Source of the DNA: Candidatus Latescibacterota bacterium
GTDB taxonomy: Bacteria; Latescibacterota; UBA2968; UBA8231
NCBI GenBank assembly: GCA_965208105.1
Contig: OZ242318.1
Span: 2,816,001-2,880,000, forward strand
Direction: 5' to 3'
DNA: 64,000 bases
Shown here: positions 19,416 to 29,113 of the stretch, piece after piece
How positions within the stretch are numbered: position 1 is the stretch's first letter
How the letters are laid out: every line of letters begins with the position of its first letter
Made by a program: the position numbers and the translations under genes
Notes under the pieces: model-generated
What the model saw: the letters and a program-made list of their open reading frames with translations, nothing else
Told to the model about the DNA's origin: nothing
Databases searched by the model: none

Positions 19416-20279
19416 ATGCTGAAAAACAAAATTACCGCCGATGACAACTCAAAGAACATTCACAACCCTACCGAACTCTATTGGCGGGATATCAAAGACG
19501 CCAAACCTTTGAGCCGGCAGAAGGAAGCCGAGCTATTCAAAAAAGCTCGAGCTGGTGACGAACAGGCCAGACAGTCTCTGATTACGGCAAATCTCCGCTT
19601 CGTCGTCAGGGTGGCCAGGGAGTACCGAGACTGCGGGCTGTCACTCATCGAGCTGATATCAGAAGGCAATCACGGCCTCCTCGAAGCCATGAAGCGATTC
19701 GACGAATCCCGCGGATTCAAGTTTATCACCTACGCAGTGTGGTGGATTCGTCAAGCCATTCTCAAGGCCCTGGGCGAGCAGGGCAAGATTGTCCGCCCAC
19801 CTATGAGTCAAGTCAACGACCTGCAAAAAATGGACAGAGAGACAGCGAGATATGCACATAAACTAGGCAGGACTCCAACTTCCGCCGAGATGGAATCCAG
19901 AATGGATATCAGTCCTGAGCGCACCCGAAATGCCTTGAAAATTGGCCAGCAGGACATTTCCTTCGACGCTCCTGCCTATCCGGAGGATGATGTTTCTCTA
20001 TTGTCCGTATTTGCAGCCGAGCAGGAGGGCGTGGACGAAACTTTTGAGAAGGGCGATGTGAAGCAGGCCGTGCGGTTCTGCCTCAAATTCCTCGATGAAC
20101 GCGAATACCAGATAGTGTCCGCATATTTCGGCCTGGACGATCTGCGCCCCATGACTCTGGAGGAAATCGGCACGGTAATGGGGGTGACGCGCGAGCGCGT
20201 GCGCCAGCTGCGCAATCGCGCCCTCGAAAAAATCAGAGTCCAATGCGGCGATATGTTAATGGAGTTTTCCAGCAACTGA
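19416..20279 (+). CDS. RNA polymerase sigma-70 factor, RpoD/RpoS-like (no region 1.1)
   Basis: ANLRFVV, ELISEGN.GL, FKFITYAVWWIRQ, TLEEIG...TRERVRQ. Confidence 0.93.
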   Translation: MLKNKITADDNSKNIHNPTELYWRDIKDAKPLSRQKEAELFKKARAGDEQARQSLITANLRFVVRVAREYRDCGLSLIELISEGNHGLLEAMKRFDESRGFKFITYAVWWIRQAILKALGEQGKIVRPPMSQVNDLQKMDRETARYAHKLGRTPTSAEMESRMDISPERTRNALKIGQQDISFDAPAYPEDDVSLLSVFAAEQEGVDETFEKGDVKQAVRFCLKFLDEREYQIVSAYFGLDDLRPMTLEEIGTVMGVTRERVRQLRNRALEKIRVQCGDMLMEFSSN

Positions 20280-20487
20280 AAAGCACCTAACCCCTGGGTA
20301 GCCGCAGCGCCAGTGCGGGGCCGGGGACCGCTACAGCCAACGGCCACCGGGTCGCGAAGCCGCAAGAAGTTGCCGCATCGGCGCATATCCGTCGGCTTCC
20401 GGGTGATTTGCCGGATGGCCGAACTGTGAATCGACCCTCCCCGTCGTTTTCACGCCGCAGTGCGGCACAGATCCGCGATACGGGCCG

Positions 20488-20518
20488 TTGACAGAGGACG
20501 GTAAACCATTATTATAAT
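20488..20518 (+). promoter_or_regulatory. Putative promoter of the first Fur-family gene
   Basis: TTGACA followed by TATTAT (16 bp spacer) or TATAAT (19 bp spacer). Confidence 0.55.
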
Positions 20519-20637
20519 TGTCCCAACTGTCTACCACCTGCTTTCCGGCCCCTGCCGCCGGCAACGGTGCTGCGGCCTTCGGCCCACGGGCGCTGTCGTC
20601 TTGTCACGGAACGTGTCCATCCTCCACCCTTACTTCT

Positions 20638-21006
20638 ATGCAACGAGACACCCATCAACGCCGGGCGATCCGCCGCGTATTCATGAACGCCGGGCGCCCT
20701 CTCACGCCTGACGAGGTCCTAGAGTACGGCCAACAGATCGTGCCGTCACTCGGGGTGGCGACCGTCTACCGGAACGTGAAGATCCTCGTTGGCGAGGGCT
20801 GGCTATCGGAAGTGCAGTTCCCGGGCGGCGGGCTTCGGTACGAGTTGGCCGACTGTCCGCATCACCACCACTTCCTCTGCCGATCCTGTGATCAGGCGTT
20901 CGACGTCCATCGGTGCCCGGATGAAGTCGAGACGCTGGCGCCCGACGGCTTCGAGGTCGACAGCCACGAGCTGGTTCTCTTCGGTCGCTGCGCCGCGTGT
21001 ACGTGA
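20638..21006 (+). CDS. Fur-family (Zur-like) transcriptional regulator 1
   Basis: LGVATVYRN, HHHHFLCRSC, C-terminal GRCAAC. Confidence 0.93.
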   Translation: MQRDTHQRRAIRRVFMNAGRPLTPDEVLEYGQQIVPSLGVATVYRNVKILVGEGWLSEVQFPGGGLRYELADCPHHHHFLCRSCDQAFDVHRCPDEVETLAPDGFEVDSHELVLFGRCAACT

Positions 21007-21284
21007 CGGGCCTCTGATCCAGCCGCTCCCCACGTCGGCCTAGTTTGACTCCGGGGAGAAGCGATACCTCCCCTGCCCCAGGTAAGACTCGAAGTTCAGT
21101 CAAGGCAGATCCCCTCCCGCGCCATCGGGAGCGGCGGGGCGTCCGCCAACCTCCCACCGCACCTTGCGTCAATCCATTCCGTTTCGGTCAATCGGGCCGC
21201 AGGCGGGGCGTCCTCGCGGGCCGCCGAAGACCCGACGCGTCAGCACAGACCGCAGCCCGGTCACCAAGGCAGCGCACCTCCTTC

Positions 21285-21313
21285 TTGACTCGATACCGAT
21301 AATTCATTATCGT
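21285..21313 (+). promoter_or_regulatory. Promoter with Fur/Zur-type operator
   Basis: TTGACT-17-TATCGT overlapped by GATACC-GATAAT-TC-ATTATC; perfect CGATAAT-TC-ATTATCG palindrome. Confidence 0.8.
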
Positions 21314-21699
21314 TACGGTCGAGATACTCACCTCTTCTTTCCGCTCCTGCCGGAGGCGTGACCCCATTGACAGGGGCAGAAGAGCGGGCGTGAGCAAACC
21401 GGAGGTCCAGGGCAAACATGACGCAACGACACATTCCCGGTCCGCGTAGCGGTCGGTCCCGCACCGGGGTCTGGGGCTGGTCCACGAAGCGGCACGGGGG
21501 AGTCCCGTTGCCTCTTTACTCCCCTCGCTTTACCCATCTCAACCGAGGCCCGCCTCGGTGCCAGCGCATCCACGCTGGTAAACCGCCCTGGTGCGTGGGT
21601 GCCCTTCTCCATCCAATTCGCGTTCCACTAAATTCCCGTCCAGTGCGCAACCCCTAAGGAAAGTGCGCGTGGACGGTCAAACCATTGGAGACTAGCACC

Positions 21700-22206
21700 A
21701 TGCTTAAAAGAATAATGTCCGCCTTGAGCATTTTCGCCCTTGCCCTCTTCATGGCTAGCTGCGGCGACGAGGACAATCCCGTCGAGCCTGACTCCCATGA
21801 TGACCATGCCGAGGCTGTCGGCCTGATCGTGCGCGATAGCGGCACTGAAATTGTCCGCGTTGAAAGCGGCCAAGTGACCGGCGAGATTGAGGTCGGCCAC
21901 GGCAAGGAAACTGCCCTGCTTTCCGTGCGCTTTATTGCCGAAGATGGCGATCTTTTTACCCCAGATGAAAACGATGAATATTCCCTCGGTTGGGAAATTG
22001 CCGACGAGAGCATCGCCGCAGTAGATCAGCACGCCGAGGACGGGGCCTGGAATTTTCACATCCTCGGCTTGGAGGAAGGCGAGACTACCATCCGCATCAA
22101 AATCAACCACGAAGGCCACACCGATTTCGTCTCGCCGGAAATCGAGATTCACGTCAGCGAGGACGGACCCGGTGAGGAACACGATGAGCACGACGAGGAA
22201 GGGTAA
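21700..22206 (+). CDS. His/acidic-rich lipoprotein, probable metal-binding partner of the TonB receptor
   Basis: Lipobox FMASC; HDDHAE, HEGHTDF and C-terminal EEHDEHDEE. Confidence 0.8.
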   Translation: MLKRIMSALSIFALALFMASCGDEDNPVEPDSHDDHAEAVGLIVRDSGTEIVRVESGQVTGEIEVGHGKETALLSVRFIAEDGDLFTPDENDEYSLGWEIADESIAAVDQHAEDGAWNFHILGLEEGETTIRIKINHEGHTDFVSPEIEIHVSEDGPGEEHDEHDEEG

Positions 22207-22245
22207 AGTGGTTGGATCTGTTGCGGCCTTCACATGCAAAAGCGA

Positions 22246-22276
22246 CGCGGGACCGGAGGCAAACTCCGGTCCCGTG
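22246..22276 (+). terminator. GC-rich intergenic stem-loop
   Basis: CGCGGGACCGGAG-GCAAA-CTCCGGTCCCGTG; no U-tract, so possibly an mRNA stabiliser. Confidence 0.5.
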
Positions 22277-22288
22277 CACTTATGTCAA

Positions 22289-24535
22289 GTGCAACTGAAT
22301 AGCCGACAGATAAAGGCCACGGGCCGCAGGCTGCTATGGAAACTCGCATCCATAATCGGCCTGGCAGTCGGCCCCGTTTGGGGAGACCAGACTGGCGCTC
22401 TGGCGGGCCACGTGATCGACGCCGAAAGCGGCCAACCTGTCGGTTGGACTACTGTCGTCATCGAGGAACTCGAGCGGGCGCGGATGAGCGACGCCGAAGG
22501 GTATTTCTTCTTCGCCAACCTCCCCCCCGGTACCTACGTCCTGCAAAGCCTGCACGTCGGCTACCACGAGGCCCGCTTTAAAGTGGAGGTCGTCGCGGGA
22601 GATACCACCCATGTCGATCTGGCTGTTGGCTACGAGTCCCTGCACGTAGATGAGATCCTCATCGAAGGCGAACACACGCGTCCTGTTTCTCCACTCCAAG
22701 CACCCGAAATTGTCTTCAGCGGCAGCAAGCTGCGGCAGAATTTGAGCCGCACCATCGCCGAGACCATCGACTACGAGCCGGGCATTGCCCAGCGCTCAAT
22801 GGGGCCGGCACCCGCGCGTCCGGTGCTGCGCGGGCTAGGCGGCGACCGCTTGCTGGTGATCGAAGACGGCGAGCGCACCGGTGATTTGTCCGGCACCTCT
22901 TCGGACCACGCCGTGGCAATCGAGCCGATGACCACCGAGCGCATCGAGGTCGTGCGCGGCCCCCGGACTTTGCTCTACGGTTCCAATGCCCTGGCCGGGG
23001 TCGTCAACGTGGTGCGGGGATACGTGCCCTCCGAGCGTCCCGACGACTTGGGGGGATCCGTGACCTATCAAGGAGAGAGCGTCAACCGAGGGTTGTCCGG
23101 CGGCCTGACTCTCGAACAGGCGCTCGGCCCCCTGGCGCTGCGCTTCGACAGCAGTCTGCGCAACGCCGACGATATTGCCACGCCCCATGGGGTACTCGCC
23201 AATACGGACATCCGTACGGGCAATGCCTCAGTCGGCCTGAGTCTGGTTCGTCCATGGGGGCATTTAGGTGCGTCCGGTAGCTTATACAACTCCGACTACG
23301 GCATCCCTCCCGATCCGGAGAGCGGCCACCCGCACGGCGTATCCATTGATCTCCAGCGCCAGCACCTCGAAGGGCGCGGCGAAATCCTCACCGGTCCGGA
23401 CTGGCTCCAGCGCCTGGAATTGCACCACTCGTTTTCGCGCTATCAGCACGGCGAATTCGAAGCCAGTGGCAGCTTGGGGCTGGAGTTCGGCGTGCTCACG
23501 CACAACAGCGGTGCGCTGGCCCACCTGGATCGCATGGGGCCTTTTGCCAACGGCGCGATTGGCTTGTGGTTCGAGTACCGCAACTATGCCGCGGCCGGGC
23601 TCAACTATACGCCGCCGGCCGAGGAATACGCCGGTGCTTTGTTCGCCTACCAGGAGTGGGAGCATGGGCCTTGGGCGGCCAATGCGGCTTGGCGCGTTGA
23701 CGCCCGCCGCGTCGAGCCGCGCGAGAAGCGCTATTCGCGCCGGGTAGGCCGCATCCAGACACGTGACTTTGCCGGGATGTCTGCCGGTTTGTCCAATCAC
23801 TATCGCGCCAGTTCGACTTTGACGTTGGGCTCGACCTTGATGCGCACCTTTCGCGCTCCCGGCATCGAAGAGCTTTTTTCCGAAGGGCCGCATCTGGCCG
23901 CCTATTCGTACGAGGTGGGCAATGGCGTCCTCGCCAGCGAACGCGGCTTGGGACTGGAGCTGTTCGCCGACTACCACCTCGAAGAAGGCCATCTACACTT
24001 GGCCGTCTTCCGCAACGCGATCAATGGGTACATTTTCCCCAAGAATACCGGCGAGCGCAGCTTGCGGCGCGCCGATCTTTTTCTCTATCGGACTGTGGGA
24101 GAGCGCGTCCTCATGCACGGTGCCGAAGTTACCTTCGATCGGCATCTGGGGGAGCCCTGGAAAGTGGCCGGTACCCTCAGCTATGTGCGCGGCCACCTCA
24201 CTGATCTCGACGACGAACCTCTGCCGCGTCTGCCGCCCCTGCAAGGGCACCTGGCCCTGACTTGCGAACCCACTGAGGCGCTGAGTGCGACTATTGACCT
24301 GCGCTTGGCTGCGGAACAGGACGAGGTCGGCGAGTTTGAAGAGTCTACGGAAGGCTACGCAGTGCTGGATCTTTCGAGCCAGTACTACGCGCAGTGGGGG
24401 GGCCGTCTGCACACCTTCGCCCTGACCCTGGAAAACGCCACTGACGCGGTGTACCGCAACCACCTCAACCGCGTCAAAGAGATCCTGCCCGAGCCAGGCC
24501 GCAATCTGCGCCTGTTGCACAAGATTTTCTTCTGA
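22289..24535 (+). CDS. TonB-dependent receptor, ZnuD-like, with N-terminal carboxypeptidase-regulatory-like domain
   Basis: RPVLRGLGGDR, SSDHAVAIEP, IEVVRGP..LLYGS, EELFSEGPHLA, YRNHL, terminal Phe; start uncertain. Confidence 0.9.
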   Translation: MQLNSRQIKATGRRLLWKLASIIGLAVGPVWGDQTGALAGHVIDAESGQPVGWTTVVIEELERARMSDAEGYFFFANLPPGTYVLQSLHVGYHEARFKVEVVAGDTTHVDLAVGYESLHVDEILIEGEHTRPVSPLQAPEIVFSGSKLRQNLSRTIAETIDYEPGIAQRSMGPAPARPVLRGLGGDRLLVIEDGERTGDLSGTSSDHAVAIEPMTTERIEVVRGPRTLLYGSNALAGVVNVVRGYVPSERPDDLGGSVTYQGESVNRGLSGGLTLEQALGPLALRFDSSLRNADDIATPHGVLANTDIRTGNASVGLSLVRPWGHLGASGSLYNSDYGIPPDPESGHPHGVSIDLQRQHLEGRGEILTGPDWLQRLELHHSFSRYQHGEFEASGSLGLEFGVLTHNSGALAHLDRMGPFANGAIGLWFEYRNYAAAGLNYTPPAEEYAGALFAYQEWEHGPWAANAAWRVDARRVEPREKRYSRRVGRIQTRDFAGMSAGLSNHYRASSTLTLGSTLMRTFRAPGIEELFSEGPHLAAYSYEVGNGVLASERGLGLELFADYHLEEGHLHLAVFRNAINGYIFPKNTGERSLRRADLFLYRTVGERVLMHGAEVTFDRHLGEPWKVAGTLSYVRGHLTDLDDEPLPRLPPLQGHLALTCEPTEALSATIDLRLAAEQDEVGEFEESTEGYAVLDLSSQYYAQWGGRLHTFALTLENATDAVYRNHLNRVKEILPEPGRNLRLLHKIFF

Positions 24536-24760
24536 GAATCCGTCAGGATTCACTCAACAGTTGTTCGGTCGTGCCCGTGGTGGCCGGTATCTTTTTCACT
24601 GGTCTCATGAGAGACCACCGAGATGAAACCAAGGCAAGCGACCACGATCACTACCAATCAATCTTCGCTTCCGGTTGAGCACGGACGATCGGGACCTGTC
24701 AGCGCGGGACCTCAGCAGTGGCAAGTCTTAACCCGAACTCACGTTAAAGAAAGATTCCAT

Positions 24761-26008
24761 ATGAACACGCCGCGCAAAGTACCTGAAGTGACCCTGTCAG
24801 AGAGACTTCCCGTTACTGTCCTGTCCGGCTTTCTCGGCGCAGGCAAGACCACTCTTCTCAACAACGTGCTCAACAACCGCGAAGGCATGCGCGCCGCGGT
24901 AATCGTCAACGATATGAGCGAGGTCAACATCGACGCGGCGCTCGTTGAGCGCGGCGGTGCGCAACTCTCGCGGACCGAGGAGAAGCTGGTCGAGATGTCG
25001 AACGGCTGCATCTGCTGCACGCTGCGGGACGACCTGCTGGCCGAGGTCTCACGGCTCGCGCAGGAGGGACGCTTCGACTACCTGCTCATCGAGTCCACCG
25101 GGATTTCGGAGCCCATTCCCGTCGCGCAGACCTTCACCTTCAAGGACGAGAACGGTGTGAGCCTGAGTCAGGTTTCGCGCCTCGACACGATGGTCACGGT
25201 CGTGGACGCGGCGAGCTTCCTGCGGGACTACAACGCCGCCGAAGCGCTCCAGGACCGCGGCGAGTCGCTGGGCGAAGAAGATCACCGGACGGTGACCGAT
25301 CTGCTCATCGACCAGATCGAGTTCGCCGACGTCATAGTGCTCAACAAGCTCGATCTCGTGAGCAACGATCAGGCTCTCGAGGTCGAGGCCATCGTGAAAG
25401 CGCTCAACCCCGGCGCGAAGATCCTCCCGGCGACGCGCGGCCAGGTTCCGCTCGAATCCGTGCTCGACACGGGCCTGTTCGACTACGAGAAGGCGGCGAG
25501 CTCCGCCGGCTGGATTCGAGAGCTTCAGGGAGAGCACACGCCGGAGACCGAGGAGTACGGGATCTCGAGCTTCACCTATCGGACGTCGCAGCCCTTCGAC
25601 GCCGAGAAGCTGTGGGCGTTCCTGCACGACGACGAGAACTGGAGGGGTGTGCTCCGCTCGAAGGGCTTCTTCTGGGTCGCCGCTGACCATAGGATCGCCT
25701 ACGAGTGGGCTCAAGCCGGCGGCATCAACAACGTGAACTCCGCCGGGATGTGGTGGGCGGCCGTGCCTCGCGAACACTGGGGGCACCCCGAGGGTCAGCG
25801 ACCTGACCAGCAGCCGGGCTGGCATCCTCGCTTCGGTGATCGCGCGCAACAGATCGTCTTCATCGGCCGCCAGATGCAGGAGGCGTCGATGCGCACTCGC
25901 CTCGACGCGTGCCTGCTCGACGAGCGCCTTGCCTCCGCTGACAGCAAGGCCTGGGCAGAGCTCCGGAACCCGTTTCCAGAGCTTCTCATGGACGAGGAGT
26001 CAGCATGA
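24761..26008 (+). CDS. COG0523 zinc metallochaperone GTPase (ZigA/YciC-like)
   Basis: [61 protein letters not shown]. Confidence 0.95.
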   Translation: MNTPRKVPEVTLSERLPVTVLSGFLGAGKTTLLNNVLNNREGMRAAVIVNDMSEVNIDAALVERGGAQLSRTEEKLVEMSNGCICCTLRDDLLAEVSRLAQEGRFDYLLIESTGISEPIPVAQTFTFKDENGVSLSQVSRLDTMVTVVDAASFLRDYNAAEALQDRGESLGEEDHRTVTDLLIDQIEFADVIVLNKLDLVSNDQALEVEAIVKALNPGAKILPATRGQVPLESVLDTGLFDYEKAASSAGWIRELQGEHTPETEEYGISSFTYRTSQPFDAEKLWAFLHDDENWRGVLRSKGFFWVAADHRIAYEWAQAGGINNVNSAGMWWAAVPREHWGHPEGQRPDQQPGWHPRFGDRAQQIVFIGRQMQEASMRTRLDACLLDERLASADSKAWAELRNPFPELLMDEESA

Positions 26009-26177
26009 CCGAAAATGCCTCATCCGTTTTGGCGAAAGGATCGCTCTACATCGGTAGCGGAGACGGGCTCATGCCGCGGGAGAGACCTCCAAAGCTCCTC
26101 CGCGCAAGCATACTGGGGCGTGTGCCGTCATCCGGCCCCACCTTCGGTTTCGCCGTGTCACAGGGAGAAGAGAAAAC

Positions 26178-26486
26178 ATGTTGATCAACACATCACCACG
26201 TCGCCCGAACCCCGAACGGGTTCGATATATCAAGGAGGCTTTGCGCAAAGCGCTGAACCTTTCCGACGACATGGCGGTCACGGTCACCGAGCTGGCTTGC
26301 CTCGAAGAAGGTTGCGCGCCGGTCGAAACCGTGATTGGCCTGCTTCGGCCCGACGCACCTCAGCTTCAGTGCAAGCTGCACAAGCCCGTGGACGCCGTTG
26401 ACGCCAAAGACCTGGTCCAGGTCTGCACGGCGTGGGGCTTCGACGTCCAGATTGCCGTCCCCGAACCACTCACCCAGGAGAATTAG
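26178..26486 (+). CDS. Small conserved protein with ELACxExGCxPxET motif
   Basis: GGAG RBS; stop directly abuts the next ATG; CxxxxC motif. Confidence 0.75.
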   Translation: MLINTSPRRPNPERVRYIKEALRKALNLSDDMAVTVTELACLEEGCAPVETVIGLLRPDAPQLQCKLHKPVDAVDAKDLVQVCTAWGFDVQIAVPEPLTQEN

Positions 26487-27833
26487 ATGAACACGCCGCA
26501 AAAAGTACCTGTTTCCATCCTCACCGGCTTCCTCGGCTCCGGCAAGACGACCCTGCTCAACCGGATCTTGACTGAGGAGCACGGCAAGCGCATTGCCGTG
26601 ATCGAGAACGAGTACGGGGAGGTGGGCATCGATCAGGCCCTCGTCATCGACGCTGACGAAGAAATCTTCGAGATGTCGAACGGCTGCATCTGCTGCACGG
26701 TGCGCGGAGACCTGATTCGCGTGCTCGGAAATCTCATGAAGCGCCGCGACAAGTTCGACTATGTGCTGGTGGAGACCACAGGCCTCGCCGACCCCGGCCC
26801 GGTCGCTCAGACCTTCTTCATGGACGACGAGATTCACGCGGAGTTCTCGCTTGACGGGATCGTCACGCTCGTCGATGCAGCGCACATTGATCAGCAGCTC
26901 GGCCGAAGCGACGAAAGCACCGAGCAAATCGCGTTCGCAGATGTCCTCGTGCTCAACAAAACGGACCTCGTCGACGGCGAAGCGCTCGACCGGCTCGAAG
27001 CCCGGCTCCGAGACATGAACCGGATGGCGCAAGTCGTGCGCAGCGAGCGGGCGAACGTCTCCGTCGACACGGTACTCAACCTCGGCGCCTTCGACCTGGA
27101 CCAGGCGCTCGAGCGCCGCCCCACCTTCCTCGAGCCAGAGTATCCGTTCGAATGGACTGGCGTCTATTCGCTCGATATCGGCCGCTACGAACTCACTCTC
27201 GCCGATGGACCCGATCCGGCGATGTCGCTCGTCGTCGTGTCCGACCAGGGCACGGATGACGCTGCCCTCCGCGAGGGTGCGGAGTGGTGCGTGCGGCGGT
27301 ACGCCGAACCTGCGGAGCTCATTCGCCCGGGGGAAGAGATCCCTGCCGGAAAGCATGTGAACCTCCCGCTCGATTCCCCGGGGCGCAAGTCGTTCTCCCT
27401 GGAGGTCGACACGCAGATGCGGGTTGGCCTCTACACCCAGCACACCGCGGAAGAGTTCGACCTCAAACTGACGAACGCGGAAGGTGCGACAATCCGGCAA
27501 GAGGTCGAGCGCACCTGGGTCGCACAGCACGAGCACGACGACGAAGTGGGCTCGATCGCAATCGAGAGGGAGGGGGACGTCGATCCCGGCAGGCTCAACG
27601 AGTGGCTTGGCGAACTGCTCCGTGAACGCGGGGTGGACATCTTCCGAATGAAGGGCTTCATCAGCCTCGCGGGCGAGTCGCGTCGCTTCGTCTTCCAGGG
27701 GGTTCACATGCTCTTCGACGGACAGCCGGACCGTCCATGGGGGGACGCGCCCCGCCGCAATCAGCTCGTGTTCATCGGCCGCAACCTCGATGAGCAAAGC
27801 ATGCGGCAGAGATTCGAGGCATGTCTGATTTGA
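26487..27833 (+). CDS. COG0523/CobW GTPase with an internal insertion
   Basis: VPVSILTGFLGSGKTT, NGCICC, ETTGLADP, HEHDDEV, FQGVH, LVFIGR. Confidence 0.95.
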   Translation: MNTPQKVPVSILTGFLGSGKTTLLNRILTEEHGKRIAVIENEYGEVGIDQALVIDADEEIFEMSNGCICCTVRGDLIRVLGNLMKRRDKFDYVLVETTGLADPGPVAQTFFMDDEIHAEFSLDGIVTLVDAAHIDQQLGRSDESTEQIAFADVLVLNKTDLVDGEALDRLEARLRDMNRMAQVVRSERANVSVDTVLNLGAFDLDQALERRPTFLEPEYPFEWTGVYSLDIGRYELTLADGPDPAMSLVVVSDQGTDDAALREGAEWCVRRYAEPAELIRPGEEIPAGKHVNLPLDSPGRKSFSLEVDTQMRVGLYTQHTAEEFDLKLTNAEGATIRQEVERTWVAQHEHDDEVGSIAIEREGDVDPGRLNEWLGELLRERGVDIFRMKGFISLAGESRRFVFQGVHMLFDGQPDRPWGDAPRRNQLVFIGRNLDEQSMRQRFEACLI

Positions 27834-28867
27834 ATGCCGACAGCCCGAAAGGTGTTCTTCGCCGGGGCTGGTCTGCGGAGGTCGGCGATTACGCCATCGC
27901 CGGAGGTTGGAGCTTACGCGGTGAGGCGCTGATGGTCGGTGACGCCGCGGGTGGCGTCTACGCGTTCGACGGCAAGTCTGGCGCGACCGCCTGGGAACGG
28001 CGGGGGATCCATGACGGCGGTGTGCTCGCGGTGGCGATCCACCCGAGCGGAACCGCGTTCGCTACGGCCGGCCAGGACAGCCGAGTCTTGATCTGGAGTG
28101 CCGCCGAAGGTCACCTAAGCCGGGCTATCGACGTCGGAAGCGGTTGGGTGGAAAACGTTGCGTGGTCGCCGGACGGCCAATGGTTGGCAGCCTCCTGCGC
28201 CCGGCAGGTTCGCGCGTATGGTGCGGATGGAGTGGAAACCTGGCGATCTGATGATCATCCCAGCACCGTCAGCGCGATCGCCTGGTCGAGCGCAGGGGAG
28301 CTGGCGACGGCCTGTTACGGTCGGGTGACGTTCTTCGACGCGTCCACTGGCGAGCCTCGCCAGAAGCTGGAGTGGCAGGGGTCCCTGGTGTCGATGGTTC
28401 TGAGTCCGGACGGTGATCTCGTGGCCTGCGGCAGCCAGGACAACTCGGTGCACTTCTGGCGTCGCTCCACGGAGCAGGACTCGATGATGTCCGGATATCC
28501 TGGCAAGCCGTCGGCTCTGGCCTTCGATGACACCGGCACCCTCTTGGCCACCGGCGGAGGGGAGGCGGTGACGGTCTGGAGCTTCCAGGGAAGGGGGCCC
28601 GAAGGCACGCGGCCCGGCGATCTGGATTATCATGTTCAACCCGTCACGACGCTTTCCTTCGCTCCCGGCGCGATGCGCTTGGCATCGGGAGGCCGCGATG
28701 GTGCCGTGGTTGTGTGGTCGCTCAGGCGCGATGGACAAGGCGATCCGACAGGAGTTGCGCTTGTGGCAGATGTTGTCGGCGGCTTGTACTGGCGACCAGA
28801 TGGACGCGCGCTTGCCGCGCTCGACGCGCGGGGTGGCGTGACGGTTTGGCGAGTGAGCAACGGGTGA
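27821..28867 (+). CDS. WD40-repeat protein
   Basis: Repeated blades ATAGQD..VLIW, AWSPDG, ACGSQDNSVHFW, LASGGRDGAVVVW; overlaps the cobW stop. Confidence 0.92.
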   Translation: MSDLNADSPKGVLRRGWSAEVGDYAIAGGWSLRGEALMVGDAAGGVYAFDGKSGATAWERRGIHDGGVLAVAIHPSGTAFATAGQDSRVLIWSAAEGHLSRAIDVGSGWVENVAWSPDGQWLAASCARQVRAYGADGVETWRSDDHPSTVSAIAWSSAGELATACYGRVTFFDASTGEPRQKLEWQGSLVSMVLSPDGDLVACGSQDNSVHFWRRSTEQDSMMSGYPGKPSALAFDDTGTLLATGGGEAVTVWSFQGRGPEGTRPGDLDYHVQPVTTLSFAPGAMRLASGGRDGAVVVWSLRRDGQGDPTGVALVADVVGGLYWRPDGRALAALDARGGVTVWRVSNG

Positions 28868-28934
28868 AGCACGACCGCAACAGCATGAATTGCAGGGCCT
28901 TCCCGCTCGTGTTCTCCGCCAACCAGGTCCGTAG

Positions 28935-29104
28935 AGACCGCCGAGGGCTCCCGAAGGGGGGCCAGCCGACAGTGGCGGTGCGGAATTGGCGCTCCAACCG
29001 GTGTGCCAGGGCCCCATTTCGGCGCGCGTAGATACCGTGCTCACGGCCGGCAGTAGCAGGACCGGAGGACCGTGACCGGCGACGTCGTAAGTGATGCCCA
29101 CCGT
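28935..29104 (-). pseudogene. Alpha/beta hydrolase N-terminal remnant (frameshifted)
   Basis: ITYDVAGHGPPVLLLPAVSTVSTRAEM continues in another frame as LERQFRTATVGWPPFG. Confidence 0.55.
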
Positions 29105-29113
29105 TGGGTCACT

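Noticed and set aside
20280-20480. Possible attachment site or direct repeat at the left island border
   Set aside because: I could not match it to the right border.
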